From contig JAFQRL010000005.1 of the NCBI GenBank assembly GCA_017410065.1, forward strand, positions 23,536-87,535: DNA of 64,000 nt, given 5' to 3'. Shown piece by piece: positions 27,046-35,224 of this stretch; positions within the stretch are counted from its first letter, which is position 1, and each line of letters starts with the position of its first letter. The translations under genes were made by a program, and so were the position numbers. This stretch comes from Clostridia bacterium. GTDB lineage: Bacteria > Bacillota > Clostridia > Oscillospirales > CAG-272. The notes under the pieces are model-generated. The model saw only the letters and a list, made by a program, of their open reading frames with translations. It had not been told where the DNA came from and did no database searches.

Positions 27046-28059
27046 TTAATTCACGTCGCAGAGGCAGAGATCAGCGTCCTCGCCGTTGACGATAACGTGG
27101 CACTCAACAAGATCCACCGCGTCGCTGTCGGAGGAATCTGTGAGAAGCTCCATAAAGTTATCAACGGTGATAAGAGTGTCGCCGTAGTAGCAGTCGGTGA
27201 AGGAGATATTAAGGGGAGTGCCGTCCTCGAAGCCGTCCGCATTAACGCCGAGCTTGAAGCCCTCCTCAAACTTACAGCCAACGAAGGTGCTGTCGTCGTA
27301 CATTCTCAGGTAGGAGTAATCGGTCTCGCCCTGACCGAAGGTCACGTTCTCAAAGTATGCAAGCCCAAGACCCGAATAGCTGCTCCAGCCGTAAAGGGTC
27401 GAATCGTAAACGTAAAGGTTGTTGCCCTCGCCGCCGCCAATGTTGATAGCATAAGTGCCGCCGTCTACGCCGACATTCCTGAGAATAAGATTATCCTCAA
27501 GCTTATAGGTGCCTGAGCTGCCTGTGCCGATACCGCGAGGTCCGCCGTAAAGTCTCACGTTGGAGACCGTTCCGCCAAGGGTGGTGATCATACAGTTGTA
27601 ATAGCTGTTCTCAATTGCCGTGCCGTCTACCGTGAGCCCCGCGCCGTCAAAGATACCGCCGCGCATAAGCACGTTCTCGCTTACGTTGATATTAGCTCCG
27701 AGAAGAATACTCTCGCCTGCGCCAAGTGCCGCCGCAAGCTGCTCCTCGTTGATGACCGCCTCGGGTGCCGCAGTCCTCGTCACAGAGCTTGAGCCGTCGT
27801 TATAGCAAATGGTGAATACGGTGTATACCTTACCCGTCGCGTCAGCCTCATAGCCAACCTTAACGTCGGAAACGCTCTTTGCCTTAAGAGAATTGAGCCA
27901 TTCGCGCTCGGTTCCCTCAAAGCCGTTCGCAACGGCAACCTCGTATGCCGAATCTCCGTCCTCATAGCTATGTAAATTAACAGTACAGCTCGTGAGAGCT
28001 CCTATGGCAACCACCGAGGTTATTGCAAGTGCCAAAATTTTAGAAATCGCTTTTTTCAT
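27046..28059 (-). CDS. Secreted lipoprotein with a GDSAYEVAVANGFEGTEREWL motif and a probable beta-helix domain
   Basis: MKKAISK...ALTSC lipobox (start moved from 28179 to 28059); Gly/Asn-rich beta-strand pattern. Confidence 0.7.
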   Translation of the reverse strand: MKKAISKILALAITSVVAIGALTSCTVNLHSYEDGDSAYEVAVANGFEGTEREWLNSLKAKSVSDVKVGYEADATGKVYTVFTICYNDGSSSVTRTAAPEAVINEEQLAAALGAGESILLGANINVSENVLMRGGIFDGAGLTVDGTAIENSYYNCMITTLGGTVSNVRLYGGPRGIGTGSSGTYKLEDNLILRNVGVDGGTYAINIGGGEGNNLYVYDSTLYGWSSYSGLGLAYFENVTFGQGETDYSYLRMYDDSTFVGCKFEEGFKLGVNADGFEDGTPLNISFTDCYYGDTLITVDNFMELLTDSSDSDAVDLVECHVIVNGEDADLCLCDVN

Positions 28060-28322
28060 TGTGTTTTTCTCCTTTGTTTTCGATCTTTCACCACGTCTTT
28101 TTCGGGGTGCTTTCATATTACTAATCAAGGAAAAAACAGTTTTATCGCAGAAAAAACGAAAAAATTTGTAAAAATCCAAATTTTTATTTATCCAAGTTTT
28201 GCACCGCCCAATAATAAAAACCGAAGAAAAAGAAAACGCATTGTCAGGATCTTCATATGCCGTGTGGCACCATAGATCAAGCCATGCGTTTGCTTCATCA
28301 AATATATATATTACGATTAAAT

Positions 28323-29366
28323 TTATTTATCTATTTGATTATATCTTCCTACAACCAAATCAACAATAACCTGTGACTTAACCTTCATATTCAATTTTAT
28401 AATCACAGTTCTTACCATATCCTCAGTAACCACGGGAATATAAGACTTATACTCAGGATGCTCCTCAATAAGCTCATTGAACAACGAAATCAGCATATCC
28501 TTTGCACCGGGTTTTGAAGGATATCCACGCGAAATCAATGCCATGTTGTTATCATAGTTCGGCGCGAATCCAATGAGCTTTCCTGTTTTAACATCACGCA
28601 AAAGTCCAAAGTTATTTGTATGTCTATCAGGATTCGCACAAATAGTATCCATAAAAATCATTCGGATATAATCCGGAATAGCTTCTGGACAAATCTTTTC
28701 CAGTGTCTGAACTACATCAGAATAATCTTCGTTATCACCCATAAAAGTCGAAGCAGGCTCAAAATTTACACTTGCTCCATCGGTGAAATCGAGGGATTTA
28801 ATGCATCCTTCTCCACGCTCGTAAACAGCCATATTCATTCCAAGTGCGCGTCCAAGCTCATAGATAAACAGTTCCGAGAACATTTCATTGTGAGATGCCT
28901 TTTTTAACATCCACCACTTTCCATCACGAAGTTTCCAACACTTTTCAAAGCTTCCTACATTGGTAAGTTCAGGAGTCTTGGAACGCTTGCTGTTAGCGGC
29001 ACGATTAAAGCTATCGTAGTTTCCCTTTAAAGCAAGGTTGGAGAAGTAGTCGTCCGAGAATTTAACATCACTATAGGTTAAATTTGAGCCGATCTCGCGT
29101 ATCCAATAATTGTCCGTGATCGTCGCACCGTTGACATGAATAACAGTAGAGATATCGTCCTTCTCTACAAGACGAAGAGCCTTCTTCAAAAGACGCGAGT
29201 TAGCACGGTGACTGTCTATCGCACGGGTTTCAAGCCAAAGATCTGCATTCTGATTTTTCTTCAGATATAAAGGAAGCAAAGCTTCATTAAGAATATCCAA
29301 TTTGTTATCTTGCCATACGGCCACTACTGTATCACCGCTTAAGATTCCATAATTTCTATTAGTCAT
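28323..29366 (-). CDS. HipA-like kinase (putative toxin)
   Basis: GSFEKCWK, ELFIYELGRALG, ANPDRHTNNFG, FAPNYDNNMAL; ATG at 29366 overlaps the upstream HTH stop. Confidence 0.85.
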   Translation of the reverse strand: MTNRNYGILSGDTVVAVWQDNKLDILNEALLPLYLKKNQNADLWLETRAIDSHRANSRLLKKALRLVEKDDISTVIHVNGATITDNYWIREIGSNLTYSDVKFSDDYFSNLALKGNYDSFNRAANSKRSKTPELTNVGSFEKCWKLRDGKWWMLKKASHNEMFSELFIYELGRALGMNMAVYERGEGCIKSLDFTDGASVNFEPASTFMGDNEDYSDVVQTLEKICPEAIPDYIRMIFMDTICANPDRHTNNFGLLRDVKTGKLIGFAPNYDNNMALISRGYPSKPGAKDMLISLFNELIEEHPEYKSYIPVVTEDMVRTVIIKLNMKVKSQVIVDLVVGRYNQIDK

Positions 29367-29592
29367 TAGCCCCTCCCTCCTTTTCTTCATCTTCAGGAAT
29401 GAACTCCATAATATCATCAAGCGTGCAGTTCAACGCTTTGCATATCTTTCCAAGTACCTCAACGGTTACGTTATTTCCCGCACTCAACTTGCTTATCGTA
29501 AAACTACTGATTCCTGCAAGCTCAGCGAGTTCCTTCTTTTTCATATCTCTATCTATTAATAATTTCCAAAGTTTTTTATAGCTAACAGCCAT
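29359..29592 (-). CDS. Cro/C1-type (XRE) HTH protein, putative antitoxin or regulator
   Basis: MAVSYKKLWKLLIDRDMKKKEL...LGKICKALNCTLDDIME. Confidence 0.9.
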   Translation of the reverse strand: MAVSYKKLWKLLIDRDMKKKELAELAGISSFTISKLSAGNNVTVEVLGKICKALNCTLDDIMEFIPEDEEKEGGAND

Positions 29593-29751
29593 TTTGCACC
29601 TCAAAATATGTATTTCCGTTTTATGTATTCATTATACCACACAATTTCACTGCTGTCAATAAATTATTTTAGCGATGGCAATATTATTTGACTTTTTAAT
29701 GCTACAAAATTGAATTTTGAATTATCTATGTAAATTTCCCATGCATTTCAA

Positions 29752-29782
29752 AAGCCGCACCATTTCTGATGCGGCTTGAATT
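29752..29782. terminator. Intrinsic terminator candidate after the vWA gene
   Basis: AAGCCGCA-CCATTTCTGA-TGCGGCTT; followed by TTTGA on the minus strand. Confidence 0.55.
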
Positions 29783-29863
29783 ACTTTAAAACGAAAGAGG
29801 AAATTTCTCCTTCAATTCTTACTTCGGTTTTTGAATTTTAATTAACTTTTGCTCCTCGGAGCA

Positions 29864-31369
29864 TTAATTCACAACGTCCTCGTAGATGATCGGAACAAGT
29901 GCATCTTTAAGATTGGTTGCAAAGCTATCGTTGCTGATGTTGATCTGAACGCCGCCTGTGGAGGTGAAGCAGCTGTAATGGCTGTAATAGCCTGTGGGAC
30001 AAACAACACTTACGTTAACGCCGTTCGCCGCAAGTATGTCGGAGCACTCCTGCATACTGCCAACTCCGTAGTGGTTGTTTACCTTACTGTCTATATCGGT
30101 GAGAAGTATATAGAATACTCTCGCATCCTGACGGGTGGAAAGAGTGTTTGCAAGAAGAAGACCGTCAACGCCGCACTCGGGAGCATCTCCGCCGTATGCA
30201 AGCTGAATTTTTCCGATAGCGGATGCCGCCTCGGATGCGGTTACGTACCAATCGGACGCGCCGTTCTTAATAACCTGTGTCTCCTCCTTGGAATCGCCGG
30301 GAACGTCTACGTAGTCGCTATAAGTAATAATACCCCAACGAGCGGAAACGCCCTCGTTTTCGATAGCCTGTGCGAAGGAGGAAAGGTTGTTCTTAACGTT
30401 TGCGATATACTCTCCCATAGAGGCCGAAACGTCAAGCACGAAGACGATATCCGCCGTACCCTTCATATATTCAACTATCTCAATGCTTGCCTCGACCGCG
30501 GAGGAAACACCCTCGGCAAAGCGAAGCTTACCTGCCTGAACGTGACCCTTGATGGTGTACTGACCCGCAACCGCCTTGTTGTAGCCCGAAAGATCCCAGG
30601 AAATGGGAAGCTGATGCTTTGTGCCGTCTGCGGTGTAAACGTTGATCTCTGCGGGAAGACCGATAGCGGATTCAAGAGTACCGAGAGCAAACTTACCAAG
30701 GGCGGGAACCGCGTCAACGCTCACGATGTTAACGCTGTCAAGCACGGTGCCGCACTTGTCGCAATAGCCGTCAACAAAGTTATGCGATGCGGGGATCTGC
30801 ACGTCGTACATCTTGTTCTGACCGTTCTTATCGGTGTAATACTCATCGCAAGCCTCGCAATAGTAGTGAGCCTTGTTGCCTGCCTCCTCGCAGGTAGCTT
30901 CCTTTGCCGCAACGTAAATAAGATTATGATTTACGTTAATAACAACGTTGATACTGCCGCGGTATACGTCTGTTCCGACCTGAACCGCATCGGGCATAGT
31001 AACGCTTTCAAGCTGTACGCAGTCGGAGAAAGCCTTGTCTCCAACCTTAACGATGGTTGCGGGAAGCTTGATCGAAATAATATCCGGATTGCCCGCAAAT
31101 GCGCGCTCTGCAATCTCGGTTACAGGCTTGCCCTCGTGCTCCTCGGGAACGATTACCTTCTTATCTCTGCATTCGCCCATACCGCTAACGGCATACTCCT
31201 CGTCGGAATTGATAAGCGCATAATCGAGACCCTCGGAGGGCTTCTCCGCACCTTCACCCTCGGTGGAGGGCTTCTGCTCCTCGCCGCCTATGCCATCAAA
31301 GCAGGAAACAAGCGATCCCACGCAAAGCATAAGCGCAAGAATAAGTGAAATGATCCTTGAGATTTTCAT
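29864..31369 (-). CDS. Lipoprotein with BspA-type LRR, Cys/His repeat, Ig-like and C-terminal vWA domains
   Basis: LVSC lipobox; VTEIAERAFAG...VGDKAFSDCVQLESV LRR; TCEEAGNKAHYYCEAC; vWA DIVFVLDVSASMG (MIDAS), GGDAPE, LLTD. Confidence 0.85.
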   Translation of the reverse strand: MKISRIISLILALMLCVGSLVSCFDGIGGEEQKPSTEGEGAEKPSEGLDYALINSDEEYAVSGMGECRDKKVIVPEEHEGKPVTEIAERAFAGNPDIISIKLPATIVKVGDKAFSDCVQLESVTMPDAVQVGTDVYRGSINVVINVNHNLIYVAAKEATCEEAGNKAHYYCEACDEYYTDKNGQNKMYDVQIPASHNFVDGYCDKCGTVLDSVNIVSVDAVPALGKFALGTLESAIGLPAEINVYTADGTKHQLPISWDLSGYNKAVAGQYTIKGHVQAGKLRFAEGVSSAVEASIEIVEYMKGTADIVFVLDVSASMGEYIANVKNNLSSFAQAIENEGVSARWGIITYSDYVDVPGDSKEETQVIKNGASDWYVTASEAASAIGKIQLAYGGDAPECGVDGLLLANTLSTRQDARVFYILLTDIDSKVNNHYGVGSMQECSDILAANGVNVSVVCPTGYYSHYSCFTSTGGVQINISNDSFATNLKDALVPIIYEDVVN

Positions 31370-31592
31370 TTTGTTTTTTCTCCCTTTTATATTATATATT
31401 GAGAGTCAGATTCCTTTGCTGTCATTACTTTAACCAAATTATAGCACCGCACAGCGGCTCTGTCAACAGCCAAAATAAAATAATAAATTAAAGATAATTA
31501 AAATATTTAGACTGATTTTAAATTTGCTCCGAAAAATACTCATCGGGCGCCAAATACGGCGCCCGATATACAGTTCTCAAATTGATATTATT

Positions 31593-32267
31593 TTAGGGAA
31601 CGATAACACCCGTGGTGTCTGCATTGCCCTGAACCGCCTCGATTCTGACGGTGATCTGGCAGGTCTTGCCCTGGAAAGCATTGTCGTGCTCGGGCGTGCC
31701 GTTGGGGAAGAATACGTTCACGGTGAGAGGGCCGAAGCTGTCAAGCTCGTCGACGTCGATAGATCTCCAGTCCGAAGCGATAACGACCGCATCGGTGGCA
31801 GAGTTCGAATCAACGGGAATATTGATAGCGTTGGTGCTTGCCGCATCGGTAACGGTGGATGTAAGAGCAGGAGCAAGCTCGCCCTTAACGGTGAGAACAA
31901 CTCTGTACTGAATAGCAACGTTTGTCTCGGTGTTATCAATGTTGATCTTAAGCTCAAGACCGTCACCGGGAGTCATATTAGCTATATCCAGGTTGTGGCC
32001 GTCGTTAAGCTTCGCGTAGCCGCCGTTCTCAAAGAGAACGTTGCCGTTTGCATCTGCGGTGCTGTTCTCATAGGAAACAACGCCGCTCTCCAGCTCTGTG
32101 TATACCTTGAGGTCGTCTGCCGTAGCAACGAGCTTAACCGTTGCGGAGTTGGCAGCAATATTAAATTGATCGGAGCTTGTGAAGATCGCATAGGTAGATC
32201 CCGCAATAAGGCTCACGCAAAGCGCGATGGTGAGCACCGCGGAAACGATCAGGTTTCTTCTTTTCAT
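31593..32267 (-). CDS. TasA/camelysin-like protein with a SipW-type signal peptide
   Basis: GSTYAIFTSSD, NMTPGD, and C-terminal NAFQGKTCQITVRIEAVQ. Confidence 0.8.
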   Translation of the reverse strand: MKRRNLIVSAVLTIALCVSLIAGSTYAIFTSSDQFNIAANSATVKLVATADDLKVYTELESGVVSYENSTADANGNVLFENGGYAKLNDGHNLDIANMTPGDGLELKINIDNTETNVAIQYRVVLTVKGELAPALTSTVTDAASTNAINIPVDSNSATDAVVIASDWRSIDVDELDSFGPLTVNVFFPNGTPEHDNAFQGKTCQITVRIEAVQGNADTTGVIVP

Positions 32268-32348
32268 TTCTTTTCTCCAAGCTTTACAAGCTTTATATGT
32301 ATTTTTTTATTGCTTACTTTAAAAAATTCTTTTCGCTTTCAGCCGAAA

Positions 32349-33020
32349 TCACTTCGTTCTCTGAACCGCCTCGATAACGATATCGAAATAGAAGCTCTTG
32401 CCCTGTGCCTTGTTGTTTGTGGTGCCGAGCACCGTGTCTGCATCGGGGCCCTTATCGTAGTCCTTGAACTGAAGCTGAACGGTGAAGGTTTCAGCAGGAT
32501 CGCCAACGAGCATAGAGCCTGATGCAATAACGTAGTTATTCAAGCCGATCTCGCCAAAGGTCTTGGAGTAGGTGCCCTCCTCGGTAACAGCCGTGAAAAC
32601 AAGCTGTTCGCCAAGAGCATTCATAGCACCTGCCGCGTCCCCCTTAACAACAAGCTTTATGTTGTAGGTGAAGGCAATATTTCCGCCGTTCGTGAGCCTT
32701 AAGGTTGACTTGCAGTCAAGCCCGGGAACTATAAGCTCATCGGTGCCGAGACCGAGAACGTTGACCGTATTCTTGCCCGTGTACTCAATAACCGAATTAT
32801 CCACAGGATAGGTCTCAAGCAGACCGTCGCTGTTAAGACCTGTTTTTTCAAGCTTGGTCCTCTCAAGCTTAACGTTAAGAGTGCCTGCCTCAAGATGATT
32901 TTCAACAAGCATACTGCTCGTGAACACCGCAAGAGTGCTGGCAGTAACTATACCGACGCACACAACGATGGTGAGCACGGCGATGACAATTGACTTTAAA
33001 TAATCAGACTTTTTGACCAT
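32349..33020 (-). CDS. TasA/camelysin-like protein with a SipW-type signal peptide
   Basis: ASTLAVFTSS, LEAGTLNVKL, IVPG...LTNGGNIAFTY, NKAQGKSFYFDIVIEAVQ. Confidence 0.8.
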   Translation of the reverse strand: MVKKSDYLKSIVIAVLTIVVCVGIVTASTLAVFTSSMLVENHLEAGTLNVKLERTKLEKTGLNSDGLLETYPVDNSVIEYTGKNTVNVLGLGTDELIVPGLDCKSTLRLTNGGNIAFTYNIKLVVKGDAAGAMNALGEQLVFTAVTEEGTYSKTFGEIGLNNYVIASGSMLVGDPAETFTVQLQFKDYDKGPDADTVLGTTNNKAQGKSFYFDIVIEAVQRTK

Positions 33021-33102
33021 AACGAATCCTCTCTGTCAGTCTAAAATGGTTGCTTTTGATTTATGATAAAAATTATTATCCAATGAGAGAAGCCCTACGG
33101 GC

Positions 33103-33891
33103 TTATTTCTTATCCTCGGACGAATTCCCTTTCGATAGCTCCGCGATCTGCCTTTCAAGCTCGGCTATCCTATCGTCCTTTTCCTTGTGCACCTCGCCAA
33201 TCCTTCTGCGCTTTTCCTCGCCGACCACGCGCGCGATCTTCACCGCCTCAAGCGCAATAATAAGCAGACAGGGCAAAATGATGATCAGAGCCATTCCGAG
33301 AGGCTCCTTAACACAGGATATAAACCAGCCGAAAACAGGGCTCACGTGAACCACCTTGCCGATAACGTAGTTTGTGGCAACGGCTCTGTCCGTGGTGGTG
33401 TTTATCTTCTGCTGATCGCCGCCGTACTCCGCTGTGTTGTTGTCTCCCTCAAGGGTGATGATCCAGCCGCCCTCCACAGCCTCGCGATCCACGATGCGGT
33501 GGGTGATCACCTCGGAGGTGCTGTAAACGTATCTGAAGGTGAGAACGTCTCCCTCTCTCAACCCATCGTACCAGGCTTTAGCCTCGGCGGGGTCCTCGGG
33601 GACGGTCTCTATAAATACCATAGCCTTTCTCGGTATGGATTTTATCTCAAAGCCCGAAACGTCGGTCTGCTCGCTCTTTTCCATAGAGCCTGTGAGAACT
33701 GTGCGCATCTGGTGCCCGAAAACGGTTATCGCTCCGTCGTTTGCATCTTTTTTGCCAACGATAACGATTATCACCGCAAGAATACAAAGGGCAATAAAGA
33801 AATACTGCACAACCGTGAGGGCTATCCGCAATATCCGCTTTCCGAGCGGAGGCTTTGCCTCCGAACGAGATACCTCAATGCTATCAGACAT
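33103..33891 (-). CDS. SipW-like (ER/archaeal-type) signal peptidase I
   Basis: VLTGSME (catalytic Ser), ITHRIV (His), EGDNN, VIGKV; two membrane segments. Confidence 0.88.
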   Translation of the reverse strand: MSDSIEVSRSEAKPPLGKRILRIALTVVQYFFIALCILAVIIVIVGKKDANDGAITVFGHQMRTVLTGSMEKSEQTDVSGFEIKSIPRKAMVFIETVPEDPAEAKAWYDGLREGDVLTFRYVYSTSEVITHRIVDREAVEGGWIITLEGDNNTAEYGGDQQKINTTTDRAVATNYVIGKVVHVSPVFGWFISCVKEPLGMALIIILPCLLIIALEAVKIARVVGEEKRRRIGEVHKEKDDRIAELERQIAELSKGNSSEDKK

Positions 33892-34402
33892 TCAGCGGTG
33901 CTCCCTTCTCAGAGACCATAAGCGTCATATCAAAATCCGCGAAGGTACCCATCGCCTCGTTGCCGACCTCTATCGGCATAGCATAGGTGATAACAAGATC
34001 AACGCTCTCTCTTGAAAAGGATACGGGCTCGCCGTATATCACAGCCTCGCCAAGGAGCACCTCCTTGAGGCTTCCCTCGTAGAGCACCTTGTCGTCCAGC
34101 ACGATCTTAACGTTGATAAATTCCTTAAGTCCTCCGTCTCCCTCGGGCTTTTCAACCATCCTGAGACCGACCTGATATTCTCCCTTGTCTCTGCATTTAA
34201 GCTTGAAGCTGTAATCCCTTTCGTCACCGGGCACAAGTGCTAACCCCTCGATGAAGACCGTCTCGTGGAAGCCCTCGGCGTCGAAATCAACCTCTTTATC
34301 GTCGGAGAAATTATTGACGATCATCCAAACGACAAAGCCGAGAATGATAATGAGACAAATGAAAAAGACCTTGGCAGTTAAAGTGTCGTCGCGGCGCATC
34401 AA
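33884..34402 (-). CDS. Membrane-anchored protein heading the sipW operon (weakly TasA-like)
   Basis: N-terminal TM; LVPGD motif and C-terminal GNEAMGTFADFDMTL resemble the other two subunits. Confidence 0.6.
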   Translation of the reverse strand: MMRRDDTLTAKVFFICLIIILGFVVWMIVNNFSDDKEVDFDAEGFHETVFIEGLALVPGDERDYSFKLKCRDKGEYQVGLRMVEKPEGDGGLKEFINVKIVLDDKVLYEGSLKEVLLGEAVIYGEPVSFSRESVDLVITYAMPIEVGNEAMGTFADFDMTLMVSEKGAPLNV

Positions 34403-34558
34403 CCAAATCCTCCTATCAAAGAAATCTTAATTAACTCAAAAGATATAAATAAAATAAACACACCTAGTTAATTTATTTTATCATAGCTTTTATTATTTTT
34501 CAAGCAAAATTAGTTATATTTACAATTTGTTCACATTTGCGCGTAAGAAATTCCCGTA

Positions 34559-34685
34559 TAATCTGCGCATAGCGCAGTATGGAATCCGTGCTCTGCACGG
34601 TATGGCATCAGCCCCTTTTTGCGAGCGAGAAGCGAGCAAAATCAAGGCGCAAGCCTTGTATATCATCAGCCGCAGGCTGCATACT
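34559..34685. repeat. Family A array variant
   Basis: Linkers GTATGGAATC, GTATGGCATCA, TGTATATCATCA with hairpins TGCGC-ATA-GCGCA, CGTGC-TCT-GCACG, AGGC-GCAA-GCCT, GCC-GCA-GGC. Confidence 0.8.
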
Positions 34686-34897
34686 TGTCATCCTGAGCCT
34701 GTCGAAGTTTTGTGAGCGAGAAGCAAGCAAAACCGAGGAGCAAAGCGACGAAGGGATCTCGCCCGTCAACCCTCTCGGGATAAAGAAAACTAACGTCAAA
34801 TCAGCTTGCCGAGCTGCATCTATCCGTCCGAGATCCGACCGCGAGCGGTCGCCCTTCGGGTTTCGGCTTCGGGCTCCGCCCTCCGCTCAAGATGACA
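34686..34897. mobile_element. MITE-like palindromic element (family E), 212 bp
   Basis: Terminal inverted repeats TGTCATCCTGAG and CTCAAGATGACA; the right part recurs at 55596-55670. Confidence 0.65.
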
Positions 34898-35224
34898 GCG
34901 GACGGTGCGTACCTTGCAGGATAAACCAAACTAACTCCAAATATGATATTTTGACAATAATTATTTACATTTTCGCTCAAATTTCACATTTTTCACCTAC
35001 ATCCCCCCTTTTATCCATCTGCCGTTTTATTCTCTGATTTTTTCGTTTTTTCCATCTTTTTTCTCTTGTTTTTCCCTCGCGAATACCCGCAAAATTTGTA
35101 AAAAAATTTGGGCAAATTCATTCAGTTTTACAATTAGTATAAATTTGCGAATAAAAATGTTCACAAATGTGATTTATAATTATTTTAGGAAAGTTTTTAA
35201 ATCTATAAAAAAGAGAGAAAAAAG

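Noticed and set aside
28233-28291. Hairpin AAACGCAT...ATGCGTTT containing TGGCACCA, as a possible tRNA remnant or att site
   Set aside because: No T-arm or cloverleaf, no second copy and no integrase.
29849-31348. 499-aa plus-strand ORF
   Set aside because: Antisense shadow of the vWA lipoprotein gene; no recognisable motifs.
35145-35166. Rex operator TTGCGAA...TTCACAA upstream of the ABC transporter
   Set aside because: The half-site spacer is 8 bp rather than the expected 4.
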